Assembly (NCBI RefSeq): GCF_020745735.1
Contig: NC_083435.1
Coordinates: 35,818,121-35,882,120 of the forward strand
Direction of reading: 5' to 3'
Length of the DNA stretch: 64,000 nucleotides
Origin: Hemiscyllium ocellatum
Taxonomy: Eukaryota
The notes beneath the pieces are model-generated. The model made no database searches. It saw nothing but the letters and a program-made list of their open reading frames with translations, and was not told where the DNA came from. Position numbers and translations under genes: made by a program. Below are positions 45,987 to 60,282 of the stretch, in pieces; position 1 is the stretch's first letter, and each line of letters opens with the position of its first letter.

Positions 45987-48900
45987 GCGAATCCAGCTCA
46001 GATTAGATTTAAGCTGCCACATCCAGTCCTGATGGCAGTGACTAATTCAGCAACTCACTGGCAGAGGAGACTGTACAAATATCCCATTGTCAATGCTGGG
46101 GGAGGCCAGCACATTAGCTGCTGCCTCCGATGCCTTTGTCAATGCTGGGCAGGCAATGAGTTTCCTTCCTTATTTTACACTTTGATAAGTTTGACTTTAC
46201 TCATGAGACTATTCAGTGATTCTTTATTTGTTCAAGGATGTGGATGTCACGGGCAAAGTATGTATTTGTTGTTCATCATAATTGACCTTAATTGAGTGAC
46301 CATTTCAGAGGACAGTTCAGAGTCATCCCCATCTGTGTGTATCTGTAATCACATACACGACAGGCTGGGTGAGGATGGCAGATTTCATTCCTCAAAGAAC
46401 AGTAAAGATTGAAGATATCTTTTTCCCACAATTGGCATCCAGAGTAATTTGTCACAATTCTGATACCAATTTTCAATAGCAGTTTTTATTAATTGAATTT
46501 AAATTCCATCAGTTAAATCCTGTCAGTTTTTAGCCTATATCCCAGAGAAGTATCCTGGGCTTCTGAACAATTAGTCCAATGATATTAGCACTTCACCAGT
46601 GTCTCCAAAAACAGGCTAAAAACATTACTATCCAGGTCGTAATGCTGCTTATTGATTGGAGAGACCCCAAAATAAACGGACAGTTGGAAGTATAACTTTT
46701 CAGCATCTTTCTGGGACTTGGAGGATGATTAGTGTGCCCCTGGTCATCACAGCTGCTTTCATCATTTTTTATGTGTTCGAACATCGTGCCCTCTCTTCCC
46801 AGTGAAACAGCCCAGACCCTCTTTAATCTCTAAGAAAGAAAACACCCAGGTTTGTTGTCAGACAGATGTCAGACAGGTCTCAGTTTCACCTTACCTTTGT
46901 CATACCTTAAACACACAGTCCCAAACAGTTGTAAAGTTATAAATCTGATGATAAATGGGACTGGCAATCCGTGAGAATAGCATGTGGTGGGATATCCCAT
47001 GCAGGGATATTGTAGAATTACCTCGGGCATACAGCAGATGAACAGCCCAGTGAATGCAGTTAGTTCAGACCAGTATTTGTGCTCCACTTGAGCCTGTCTG
47101 GAGATCCCTTCTCATCATTTTTGGTCAATATAGCCCTCTATACTCTTCTTCTTTTGATTGTCTTTTAACTTCCTGCTCAGTGCATCTGTGCTGCAACCAC
47201 TCCCTGTGGAAGGGAGTTCCTTATTCCTGCCACTATCTGGGTGAGGAATGCCCTGTCAGATACCTTGGTGATGAGGGAATATTGACATCCTCTTATATTT
47301 CTTTTCCCCAAAGTGGAATTGTTTTTCTCAGGATCTACTTCATCAAACATTTTCAGAATTTTAAAGACCTCTATTAGATCAACCCTCAGCTCTTTTCAAT
47401 AATAAACAAACACAGCTTGGTCTTCCTTGCCTGATTTGCACATCCATGTGAATCTGGCATTGTCCTTGTAAACTGTCTCTGCAAACTCTCCATCCATTTC
47501 ATAGAATCCTTCCAGTGTGGAAACAGGCCATTCAGTCCATCAAGTCCACACCAACTCTCTGAAGGGTTCCTCAGCCAGACTCACCTCCCCCCACCCAACC
47601 CTATCATCCTGCATTTCCCAGGGCTAATCCACTGACATTGCACACTATGGGCAATTTATCATGGCCAGTCCACTTAAACTGCATATCTTTGGTCTGTGGG
47701 AAGAAACCACAGCCAGCCCACACAGACACAGGGAGAAAGTGTAAACTGCCACCAGACAGTCACCCAAGGTGGAATTGAGTGCTCTGGCACTGTGAGGCAG
47801 CAGTGCTAACCACTGCACCACCATGCCACCCCGGTGCTCTTTCATAACGTAGTGACCAGAACTCTATGCAATATCCTCAGATATGACCACATTCCATGCT
47901 GTTTTTTCATAACTTCTCTAATTGTCAATTCTATGCCTCGACAAACATTCCACAGGGCTTGGTTTGTTTTTGTCAGGATTTTCATACTGTAGTGGTTTAC
48001 CTATTGCCTGATATCGCTTTGCTGCACAATACAATTTAGTTTCTTCATTTCAAATAATGTGTGGCTTCTTTATTTTAGTCTCCAAAATGCAAGCCAATCA
48101 TCTCATGTTGCCAAGAACAAAGCTCTGGAATATAGCAATGCATCACAGTAGACCATCATATTTCTTTCTATTACTGCAAGGAAATACAAGTCTCCTGCTA
48201 TAGGGGAGAGGAGGAGAGGGGGGTAAGTGTGACAGTCCCCCAGTGTAAGTGCTGCCTTCAGATGTGAACGCACTTGGACATCTGTATGTCTGCTGAAGTC
48301 TAGCGGCCTGGGGAATTGCTTCCAGCCTGGATCCAAGCTCTGCCCTGGTTCCTGCTGCTCACCATGGAGACCATTTCCCATCATGCTCTCTTGGTCATTG
48401 TGGGCAGGATTCCACCAGCCACTTGGGTCCAATATCAAAATCTATCGACCTACCTGAGCAGGAGCTGGTAATCTTGGCAGCCCCTCCGAGCTATTCCTCA
48501 CTTTGTCTCCTTTGTTGCATTCTGCCTTTTTATTTATTTAAATATAAATATGGCTACGTAAAGATTTCAGCTTCAGTTGGTTTCACATTAAACAGATGCT
48601 TGCTTATATACAAACCTATGCTCTCGAACTCAACAATGCCTGATGTTGGTGAGTTTGTGGCTGGTATAGAAGCATAATAGAAAATTGCCCAATAGCAGGA
48701 CAATCCACCCCAGCTACTTACTGCCCCATCAGTCCACTCTCAGGCCTCAGTAAAGTGACTGAAGGTGTCATCAAGCAGCACCCACTCAGTAATAACCTGC
48801 TCAGTGACACCCAGTTTGGGTTCCACCAGGGTCACTCAGCTCCTGACCTCATTCCAGCCTTGAATAAAACATGGATAAAAGAGTTGAATTCCAGAGGGGA

Positions 48901-51396
48901 GGTGGGAATGACAGCCCCTGACATCAAGGTCACATTCGACCGAGTGTGACATCAAGTAGTCCCAGCAAAACTGGAATCCATGGTTATGAGGGAAAAATCT
49001 CTCTGGTGCTTGGAATCATAACAGGCACATAAGAAAGTGATCTGGTTATTGGAGGTCAGTCATTTCAGTCCAGAATATCTCTGCAGGAGTTCCTCAGGGC
49101 AGTGTCCATCTTCACATGCTTTATCAATGACCTTCCCTTCATTATAAGGTCAGAAGTGGGGATGTTTGCTGATGATGACATAATATTCAGTCCAATTCGT
49201 GACTCCTCAGATACTGAAGCCATCTATGTTCAAATGCAACAAGATCTGGGCAATATCCAGGCTTGGACTGACAAGTGGAAAGTCAAGATTAGAATGGTGC
49301 TGGAAAAGCACACAGGTCAGGCAGCATCCGAGGAGTAGGAAAATCCACGTTTTGGGCAAAAGCCCTTTGTCAGGAATGACAAGTGGAAAGTAACATTCAT
49401 GCAACACCAATGTCAAGCAATGACCATCTCCAGTAAGAGACAATCTAACCTCTACCCTTTGACTTTCAATGGCATTAACAACATTGAATTCTCACTATCA
49501 ACATCCTGGGAGTTATCATTGATCAGAAACTGAACTGGACACGCCACATAAATACAGTGTCTGCAAGAGCAGGTCAGAGGCTCGGGATAACGCCATAAGT
49601 AACTCATGTCCTGATTCGCCAAGGCCTGTCCGTAATCTACAAGGCATAAGTCAGGAGTACGATGGAGTACTTTCCTCCTGCCTGGAGCTCCAACAACATT
49701 TAAGAAGCTTGACACCAGTCAGGAAAAAGCAGCCTGTTCGATTGGCATTACAGCAAAGGGATCGTGATCAATTGGGCCAATGGGCTGAGGAGGAGCAGAC
49801 GGAGTTTAATTTGGATGAAAGCGAAGTATTGTATTTTGGTAAAACAGACATAGGCCGGACTTGTACAGTTAATGACAGGGCCTTGGGTAATGCTGCTGAA
49901 TAGAGAGACTGAGGGGCTCAGGTACATAGTTCTTTGAGAGATGCGTCACAGGTAGACAGATTGGTTAAGAAGCCGTGTAACGCACTTGCCTTCATTGCCC
50001 AGACTATCGAGTCTCGGAGTTGGGATGTCATGTTGAGGTTGTACAGGACATTGGTAAGGACATTTTGGAGTACTGTGTCCTGTTATGTTCACTCTGCTTT
50101 GGGAGGGATATTATTAAGTTGCAGAGGATTCAGATAATGATTTATCAGGAAGTTGCAGGAGTGGCGGGTTTGAATTATAAGGATAGGCTGGATAGGCTGG
50201 GATGTCTTTTTACTGGAGCGTCGGAAGGTAAAGGGAGACTTTATAAAGGTTTATAAAATCATGAGGGACGTAGATAAAGTGAATAGCCTTTAGATGGGCG
50301 TGTTCAAAAGTAGGGTGCATATTTTAAGGTGAGAGGAGGAAGATTTAGAAGGGACCTGAAGGACAACTTTTTCACCAGCGCAGGGTTTATGTGTGGAATG
50401 AGCTACCAGAGGAAGTGGTAAATGCAGGTGCAGCTACAGCATTGAAGAGACATTTGGACAGGTACATGAATGGGAAAGGTTTGGAGGGCTATAGGCCAAA
50501 TGCAGGCAAGTGGGACTAGTTAGTTCGAGAAACTTGGTTGGCATGGCCGAGTTGGATGGAAGGGTCATTTTCCATGCTCTCTCACTGCCTGACTCTCTGT
50601 GACCACATTCATCTCGAAGCGTAAGGGCAGCTGATACATGGGAAATCCCACCACTTCAAGTTCCTCTCCAACCCACTCACCATCCTGATTTGGAAATATT
50701 TCACCAATTCTTCAGTCTCACTGGGTCAAAATCCCAGAGATCCCACCCCCCCCAAGAGTATTGTGGGTCAAGTGAAGCACATGAACTACACGTGGGCAAT
50801 AAATACTGACCCAGCCAGTGATATCCGTCTACCACGAGTGAATACAAAAGGCAGTGCATCATAGTTAACCATCACACATTCATCTATCACTGTGTGTACA
50901 GCTACAGGAACAGTTTGGAAATGCTGTCGGAGGGTTACGTTTCCAGTCTCTCAGCACAGATGCAGGCTTCAGATGTGAAATCATTTAGACACATGAAATA
51001 ATTCAAAGCCTAGCAACCTGGAGAATCTCTTAGAATAGAATAGACTATCCTTTATTGTCACGTGTACTCCAACACAGAACTACACAACACAGTGTAAAGC
51101 TTTTAACAGCTGCCTTTAATAGTGCCATCTTTATGTTTGGGTGTCTCTGGAGAAGGAGCATGCAGTGTCTACCAGCACCCTGAGGTTTTCAGGGAGAGCT
51201 GGGTGCCACGGGGAGTGGAGTGCTTTATTTGCCCCTCCAACTCAATTTTGATTTAATCCCTGCGCCCCCCCCCCACTTCACTTTTTTGACCATGCAGCAT
51301 TGCCGTCTGAGAAGGGCACGACTTGTCATTGGCCACTTGGACGTTTCCTCTCTTCCTGGTGGTGGGAATTGAATAAAGATTTGTATAGCTGTTGTG

Positions 51397-51439
<43 letters not shown>

Positions 51440-51778
51440 ATGGGTGCTGGGGGGCGTACAGGCTCTACCGCTGTTCGGCGGTGGGGTGGGGGAAATGAAA
51501 AAAAGGAGAAAAAGATAGTGCCAGCTTCGGTACAAGTATCGAGGTACAAATCTTGCACAGTGAATCAAAACAGTGCAGCTACACAGTAAAATGGAATGTA
51601 AGTGAGCGGTGAACAGTGAAGAAGCCCAGAATTATGAGAAATGACCATGAGAGCTGAAGTCCCAGTCCATGCCCACAGACTCCACAACACGAGTTCATGC
51701 TGCCTCCACGTGCCGGACTCCATCCAGGACTCACAGCAACGGCGCTCCAGGAATCGCCCATTCGCTCCACTCCGTGCC

Positions 51779-52496
51779 AGAACACAGCCCGTACTCACTC
51801 CATCCCGGGACACGGCCTGTGCTCACTCCATCCCGGGACACGGCCCGTGCTCACTCCATCCCGGGACACGGCCCGTGCTCACTCCATCCCGGGACACGGC
51901 CTGTACTCACTCCATCCCGGGACACGGCTCGTGCTCACTCTGTCTTGGGACACAGCCCGTGCTCACTCCATCCCGGGACACGGCCTGTACTCACTCTGTC
52001 CCCGGGACACGGCCCATGCTCACTCTGTCCCCAGGACACGGCCCATACTCACTCCATCCCAGGACATGGCCCGTTCTCACTCTAGCCCTGGACACGGCCC
52101 GTGTTCACTCCATCTCGGGACACGGCCATTGCACACTCCCCCCCACCCCCGGGACATGGCCCATGCTCACTCCGCCCCGGGACACGGCCCGTGCTCACTC
52201 CGCCCCAGGACACGGCCCGTGCTCACTCCGCCCCGGGACACGGCCCGTGCTCACTCCGCCCCGGGACACGGCCCGTGCTCACTCCGCCCCGGGACACGGC
52301 CCGTGCTCACTCCGCCCCGGGACACGGCCCGTGCTCACTCCGCCCTGGGACACGGCCCGTGCTCACTCCGCCCTGGGACACGGCCCGTGCTCACTCCGCC
52401 CCGGGACACGGCCCGTGCTCACTCCGCCCTGGGACACGGCCTGTGCTCACTGCACCCTGGGACACAGCCTGTGCTCACTCTGCCCCGGGATACGGC
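51779..52496. repeat. 28-bp minisatellite, copy B
   Basis: Duplicate of 16153-16870. Confidence 0.97.
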
Positions 52497-55400
52497 CTGC
52501 CTGCTTTTTTTTGTGCGAAGGGGAGGGCAGGGACTAAATCAAAATAGAGTTGGAGGGGGAAACAATGCACTCCACTCCCTGCGGAGCCCACCTCTCCCTG
52601 CACAACTCCAGGGTGTTGGTGGACACCACGTGCTCCTTCTTCAAGGACACCTGGGCTCGAACGTAACCATGGAAGAGGGGCAGGCAGTCGCCCCTGAAGA
52701 CCTCCTCCACGCCCGCTGCCTGGACCTGTTTATGGCCAGTTTGGCCAGGCTCAGGAGCAGACCCACAAGGAGGTCCTCGCACCTGCCCTACGGCCTGCCT
52801 GCTTCCTGCTTGAATCCATGATCTGATTGGTGCCTGCTGCTCAGTGCAGAGGGCATCTCCCATCATGCTCTCTTGGTGACTGTGGGTGGGGTTTCATCAG
52901 CCACTTGGGGCCAATATTAGAATCTATTGATCTCCTTGAGCAGAATTTATAAATCTTGGTCTTGGAACCCAGGGCCAGCACCCCACCTCCCAATACTCCT
53001 CACCTCTGAATGGTATTTAAATACAAACATAAAGATTTCTGCTTTGATTGGTCTCACAGTGAATGAATATTTGCTTACATCCATGAACCCATGTTCTCAA
53101 GCACAGCAGGATCTGAAGTTGGGAAGTTGGGGGTCGGATAGGGGGTTTCAGGCGGTCATGGAGAATATTGCTGAACCAATGCACAGTCATCCAGAATGTG
53201 TCCCTGTTTTGTGCTGAACAGAGATTCCTGCTCTCATCCTTGTGTTCCCCATTTCTCTCTCACTACCTCATATTGTACAGCACAACTGTTAAATCAGCAA
53301 ACAAGAACTTTCACTATTGCTTGGAAATGATTCGGTATTCATTAAACCAAGCAGAACTTAAAGTTTTGCTGAATCTCTTTGGTCTGTTGTGGAAAATGAA
53401 ACTCTACAATCGGCATTTCAGGAAAACGGTTACCTTATGTTGGAAGAACAGAGTTAAAGTAAAATGTTTTGACACCTCATTGCTGAATCTCGGAGACAGC
53501 AGCAGCACTCCCTGGACAAGTTCAGAAGGTTACTATCTGCAAACAGGATCATCAAGTGTCCACAGTAATTATTCCTTTCTTGCATCTGATCACAGTGTTT
53601 TTCCACATCCCAATACCAGTTAACGTGAGACTTTCAGTCACTGAAACAATCAGAGACTGACTACAATTCCCACCGAGGATGAGAGTCTGACCAGTGTTTC
53701 TGTTTTCTACCAGATACAATTATTACAGGAGCTGAGATCTCAGTGACAACCCTGGTCCATCCAGTCCGGATAGTGATTCTCCCACAGCTGAATCACAGAC
53801 AGCTCAGTGAAACAGACTGCTGTTTGTAAGTGATGGTTATGGGGATGATCTTCTACATTATTCTGAGACAGTGAGAGGGTGGCTGAATGTGATAAAAATC
53901 AGTGTAACAGTTTGAGATACCATTCAAGTGTTTGTGAAATATTTGTGGAAAAGTGTATAACTGTAAAGCATATATTATGCTTCAATGGATATGTGCTTGA
54001 GACAATCCGAAGTGAAAGCCAGTAAAACAGGAAAATGAGATATATCCATTGGATTCATCTTTTATACCTCCAGGTATGACCAGTTCATTTCCAGGTATGT
54101 AACTGTTGTTCCTCTCTCTGAGTTATTCTGGTTATTTAGTAACATCAGCTTCTGAGTTGGGGGTTGCTCCTGCGTTGTGATGTATTAAACATGTTGAATC
54201 AGTACATTGCACTTCTCTGACAAATGTGACTGAGAGACTTCAGTTTTCTACTAACACTGTATCTGTTCTTCTTCAACACCTTTAGTCTGCTCCTGAGCAG
54301 AATGCCATCTTTTTGCAATTGTTGAATTTTCAACATTCTTCAATGTTGGCATTGTTATTCTGTCTGAATGTTCATTTCTGTGAAACGACCATGAATCAGG
54401 AACGACTGACAGTTTTCCTGTTTTATACCAAGTGCTGTTGCTCCAGGAGGTGAGATCTTAGTGAAATCACTGCGTCTCTCCACCTACTACAGTGATTTCC
54501 CACAGAGCTGGAACTTCATGTATGGATGAGTAGAATAATTTCATCTCAAGGGATCCTGTTGAAAGGGAGTATAACTGTCTGAGTATGAAGGTTCCTGGTG
54601 TATTATTGTGAGACAGCAAGAGTGTATGTGAGTGTGACAGTTGTGTGAGTATATCTCATTAAGTGTGTATGTATGTGTGTGAGACAATGTTTTTGGAAAT
54701 GTAAATGACATTATATTGTACTTCCATGTGCGCAAACTTTCCTATAAAAGTCAGGAAGTTATGTTGTCATCAGAAAGGACACTGGTGTAACCACATCTGC
54801 AGCTCTGGGTACAGTATTGGTCTTTCACGGAGGATGTAAAGGCATTGGAAAGAGTTCAGAGAAGGTTTACCAGACTAATACCTGGATTGGTCGGGTGACC
54901 TGATGACGAAAGGTTGGACAGGCTATGTCTGTATCTGCCGGAGTTGATATCTGCCTGTCAAGGCAACCTGATTGAAACAGATTCGATCCAGCGGGATCTT
55001 GACAGATTGATTTGGAGGCGGTGTTTTCTCTGAAGGGAGAATTGAGAAGGAGGGATGACTCCTTAAAGTGAGGGGGACGTTCATTGAAATCAAAGACCAG
55101 GTACATTTCTTTTTGTCTTGAAGGGTTCGTGAGGAACTGGAACTCTCTCACTGAAATGGCAGTGGAAACAACCCCTTGTGTATTTGTGAGTTGAAGGCAG
55201 AAGGATTCTTAGGGATAGAGAAAATTTTCCAACTTTTCCATGAAAAGCTGCAGAGAAGGAGGTGACAATGACCTGGTGCTGAGTTTCTGAGTGAGCACAC
55301 ACACAGAAATACAGCAGCATCCTGAAGCTCAGTGACAGAGTGTGGAGTGATTCAGATTAAAGGGGGTGGGATTGAGCAGTTTCCTGCCTGTTGTGTATAA

Positions 55401-58400
55401 TATCTCCAAGGCAGGGTTTACTGACACCCACATTGCTTTGCAGCCTTACCTTCTCTCAGGAGCTGTCTCTGAGAGTTTGGGACTTTAGAACAATTTAAAT
55501 CCTGGAAAGGCCACGTTTGCTGACACCTGGGCAGGTGCATTTAGACACAGTGAGTTCCAGGGGGATGGTGTGAGTAACTGGGAGGGTGTTCAGTTGTGGG
55601 GATGGGGGTGGGTGAGCTGAGTGATTGGATGCTTTCTATGTATGTGGTTGGTAGTGATCAGTTTTATATCTAAGTCAGTAGTTAGAGATGGTTTAATTCC
55701 CTCTGTATTTTGCTGGCTAAAGTAAGTCAGTCAGAACCCTCTAATATCCCCAAAATCCGCTGAACAGTCGGGACCTTTCCCAATGGGTTTGTATGTTATG
55801 CAGAGACCCTCTGATATTCAGTTTCCTGGGCAGTTCCCGCACAGTCAGTGCATTCCCTCTTTCAGGATGTTCCAGTGGGTATCTTCCCATGTCTCCCCTT
55901 GAATGTTGTCCTGATCAGTTGCTGTGGGCGAGTGTCTAATGGCAGGGATTGTGGAGAGATCACTCCTTCTGGGCAGTAGCACTGCTTGCTTGGAAGGTTT
56001 TACTGACCCAATAATACTGTCTATTTCCTCTGGGATTTTCCAATCAGGAATTCCGGGCTGGGAATTCAGTAGCTGCAGGAGGTGGCCATTCAGCCCTGAA
56101 GATCATGGCTGGTCTGACTGAGGCATCAGCTCCACTTTGAGATCAGCCACATGATCAGATTGAATTTGTAGAGTAAATCAATACATCACAATTCAAACTT
56201 CCTGGGGAATTACAGACTGGCTGTGTATTGTGTCAGGATTTCCAACAGGAGCATGGGATGAGGTTTTCCCTGATATCGGAGAATGGGATTGTTGTATATT
56301 TGATGAGAGATTACCGAATCGACAATAAGTTTGAACAAGAAGTGGTTTGTCACATGTTGAGGATCTGTAGACAGTCTTCCATGTGGACCACTGTCTCCAT
56401 TAGATCCAACATAGAAACCCCACAGTGTGGGAAACAGGCCCTTCAACCCTTCACATCAACCCTCTGAAGAGCATCCCCCTCCCAAACCCATTCCCCATTA
56501 CTCTACATTTAACCCCAGAATAACCTACACATCCCTGCACATCATGGGCAATAATCTTTGGATTGTGGGAGGAAACCAGAGCACCCGGAGGAAATACATG
56601 CAGACATGGGGAGAATGTGCAAACTCCACACAGTCTCCCAAGGGTGGGATGGAATCTGGGTCCCTGGTGCTGTGGGGCAGCAGTGCTAATCACTGAGCCA
56701 CCGTGCCACCCCTAGAATCTATGGTGCATCTCACAAGTCGCTCTCTCTCTCTCTCCCTCTCTCTCTCTCCCTCCCTCTCTCTCTCTCTCTCTCTTGCTCC
56801 CTCTTTCCCTCGTGGTCTCATATGTCCACAGTTGAGGTGTTACTCACACTGTACCAGAGAGTGACGCTTTCAAACCTTTGATCAAGGGCAGGGATTTTCT
56901 TTTAAACATGTTTGATAATTAGTCAAAGGAAAGTTCTGGAATGTGCCTTTGTAAAAGAAGTCAGGAGAAAGAAGCAGTTGTTTTTTGTTGCGGTTCATCC
57001 AGAGCAACTCGATGAAGCAGGACTCTGTGCTCTATGGGCTGTTCCCTGGGCCACACACTGAGACAAACGTTGAGCGTACCTGCAGGACCATCAATTCAGT
57101 GAAAGATCTCTTTGGGGCCTTTGAGTTGCCCCTGACCAAGTGTTGCTGACTGGCATATTCCAAGGTCCAAGGACTACGTGCTGAGGGATCACTAAAGCTT
57201 GAGGCAGATGCTGTCAAGGCACGGTGAGGAAAGACCACTATCTGAGGTCTTTCTGCCAAAGTTTAATGGGGGTTCGTTCAGTTACCAGATCCACTGGTGC
57301 TTCATATGCAAGTTAATATAGTTTTGTACAGTAAGAGATACCTTTGGTTTATTTGTTGGATAGAATCAAACTCCAATGTTTGTTTTTTTCCTTCACATGC
57401 TGTTTTACAGAACAGAACTGTATTTGTGATTATGTGTGTATAAAGAAGTATTTTTTTATGAGTAAAGCATACTTTTGAATGAGAACATATAAAAGGCCTA
57501 ATGCCTTGGTTGAGGCTGTGACTGGGAGAATATATCTCTCTATCCTTCACAAAGATGTTGTTGCTGTTATACTGCCAGAGGAGGTAGGTAAGACCCTGGC
57601 TGGACGGCAAGTTGAAACAGTTATGTTAGAAAGGCTGGGCTGTAATTTATGTTGATAAATCATCAGGACTGAATGATTTTGCATCCAAGGTTTCTGATGG
57701 AAGACAGTAGAAATTGCAGAGGCTCCGATCAGTATTTCTCAATCTCTACAAAGACATTGAGGTGCCAGAGGATTGGGGAATTGTAAATGTTTCTCTAGAA
57801 GCCCAGAGATTCAGAATGGTTATGGTGTAGAAGGAGGCCCTTCAGCCCATCCTGTTTGCAATGCCTCCCTGTTCAGTCTAACTTATCTCCTGCCTTTTTC
57901 CCATATCTCTGCACATTATTTCCATTCAAACCATCCGATACCCTCTTGTCTGTCTCAATTAATCCCGTCTCCACCATACTTTTAAAAGTGCATTCCATTC
58001 CCTCACGATTTACGGTGTGTAATTACTTTACTTATCTCATTTTTGCTTCTTTTTCAAAATCACTTTAAAACTGGGCACTCTGGGTCTTTATTTATATGTG
58101 TGTGTGAAAACAGATTCTCCCTACTCATTCTATTCAGACCACTCTTTTGGAATACTGTGTACAATTCTGGTCACCCATTTATAGGAAGGATGTTGTTAAA
58201 CTTGAGAGAGTGTAGAAAAATTTTACAAGGAAGTTGCCAGGACTGGAGGGTTAGGCCTATCAGGACAGGCTGAATAGACTGGGGCTGTTTTCCCTGGAGC
58301 ATCAGAGACTGAGGGGTGACCTGATAGAGGTTTATAAAAACATGAGGAGAATTGATAGAATGAACAGCCAAGGTCTTTTTCCTTGGCTGGGGGAGTGCAA

Positions 58401-60282
58401 AACCAGAGGGCATAGGTTTGAGGTGAGAGAGGAAAGACGTAAAAAGGATCTGAGGGGTGATATTTTCAAGCAGAGGGTGGTGCATGTCTGAAGTGAGCCA
58501 CCAGAGGAAGTGGAGGAAGCAAGTAAATTTAGAACATTTAAAAGGCATCTGTATGGTTGGATGAATGAGAAGGAGTTAGAGGGATACGGGCCAACTGCTA
58601 GCAAATGGGAGTAGGTCAGATTGGGCCGTCTGGTTGGTGTGGATGAGTTGGACCGAAGGATCTGTTTCCATGCTGTACAGCTCTATGACCCTATGTACCT
58701 TGCGAGTTTGTAAACTTTGATCAAATCTCTTCTTGGTTTTCATTTCTCCAGGGTAAAATGGTTCCAACATCTCCAATCTCTCCTTCTAGCTGGACAGAAT
58801 ATAAACAAAAACACAGAGAATTACCAAATGATTAATAAGGAGAGAAAAAAAAATAGAGTATGAGAAAGTTACCCAAAAATATCAAAACAGATAGGAGAGG
58901 TTTCTTTAAATGTTTATCAGAAATTTAACAATATCAGTGTGGGTCCTGTACAAACTGAGTCTGGGGAGTTAGTAATGGAGGATCAGGAAATAGCAGACAA
59001 ATTGAACAAATATTTTACATCGATCTTTGCAAAAGAGGATACAAGTGACATCCCAAACAAAGCTATAAATCAGGAATGGTGAGGGTGGGTGAAATGCAAG
59101 AAAACTATAATTACCTCAATGGAATACTAAGTAAGCTGCTGGAACTGGGAGATGACAAGTCCCAGGCCCTAATGAATGTTACTCTTGGGTCTTAAAAGAA
59201 GTAGCTTGTGAGAAAATTAATGCGATCGTTTTCATTTTCGCAAACTCATTAAATTTAGGGAAGATGCTCTTACATTGCAAAGTTGCAATTATAGCTCCTT
59301 TATACAAAACGGGGGGAGGCGAAAAGCAGGAAATTATGCTAACGAAAGTGAGCTTAACAACTGTCATAGAGATAATGTTAGAAGGTATTATTAAAGATTG
59401 TATAACAGGGCACTTTGGATTCATTCAAGACAATCAGGCAGAACCATAACATCTTTGTCAAAGGGAAATCAAGTTTAACTGATTTATTGGAGTTATTTGA
59501 AGAAGTAATTTATGCTGCAGAGAAAAGGGAACCAGTAGATGTATTCAGATATCCAGAAAGTATTTAATAAGGATCACATCAAAAGATATTGCAGATTGTA
59601 AACTCTTCTGGCGTCAGGTGTATCATATTGGTTTAGACAGAAGAGCGGCTGGCTAACAGGAATCAGAGAGTAGGGAATAAGTGGGACTTTTTCAGGGCGG
59701 AAGTGGGTACTGCAGATGCTGGAGATTAGAGTCAAGATCAGAGTGGTGCTGGAAAAGCACAGCAGGTCAGGCAGCATCCGAGGAGCAGGGAAATCGACGC
59801 TTCAGGCAAAAACCCTTCTTCAGGAATTCCAAAATGTCAACTTTCCTGCTCCTCAGATGTTGGCTGACCTGCTGAGCTTTTCCAGCACCACTCTGATCTT
59901 GGGTCTTTTTTCAGCCTGGCATGATATCATTAACGGTGTGCCATAGGCTCATTGCCAGCATCTCAACTGTTTACAATTGGTATTCATGATGTGGATCAAG
60001 GGATCAAAGGTATGGCAGCTAAGTTTGCTGATGATACAAGAAAAGGAGACAAAAGGAACCTACAAGGGGTGTAGATAATTTAAGTGAGCGGGCAATGATT
60101 TGGCAAATGGAGTGCACTGTGGGAAAGTGTGAAACTGTCCAGTTTGACAGCAAGAATTAAAAGAGTATGTATCTAATGTTGTGAGGGATCCTAGAGTGCT
60201 GAAGTGAAAGCGAAATGGTGTCTCGGTGCATGAATCAGAGAAGGTTAGTCGACAGGCACAGCAAGTAATCAGGAAAACTAAT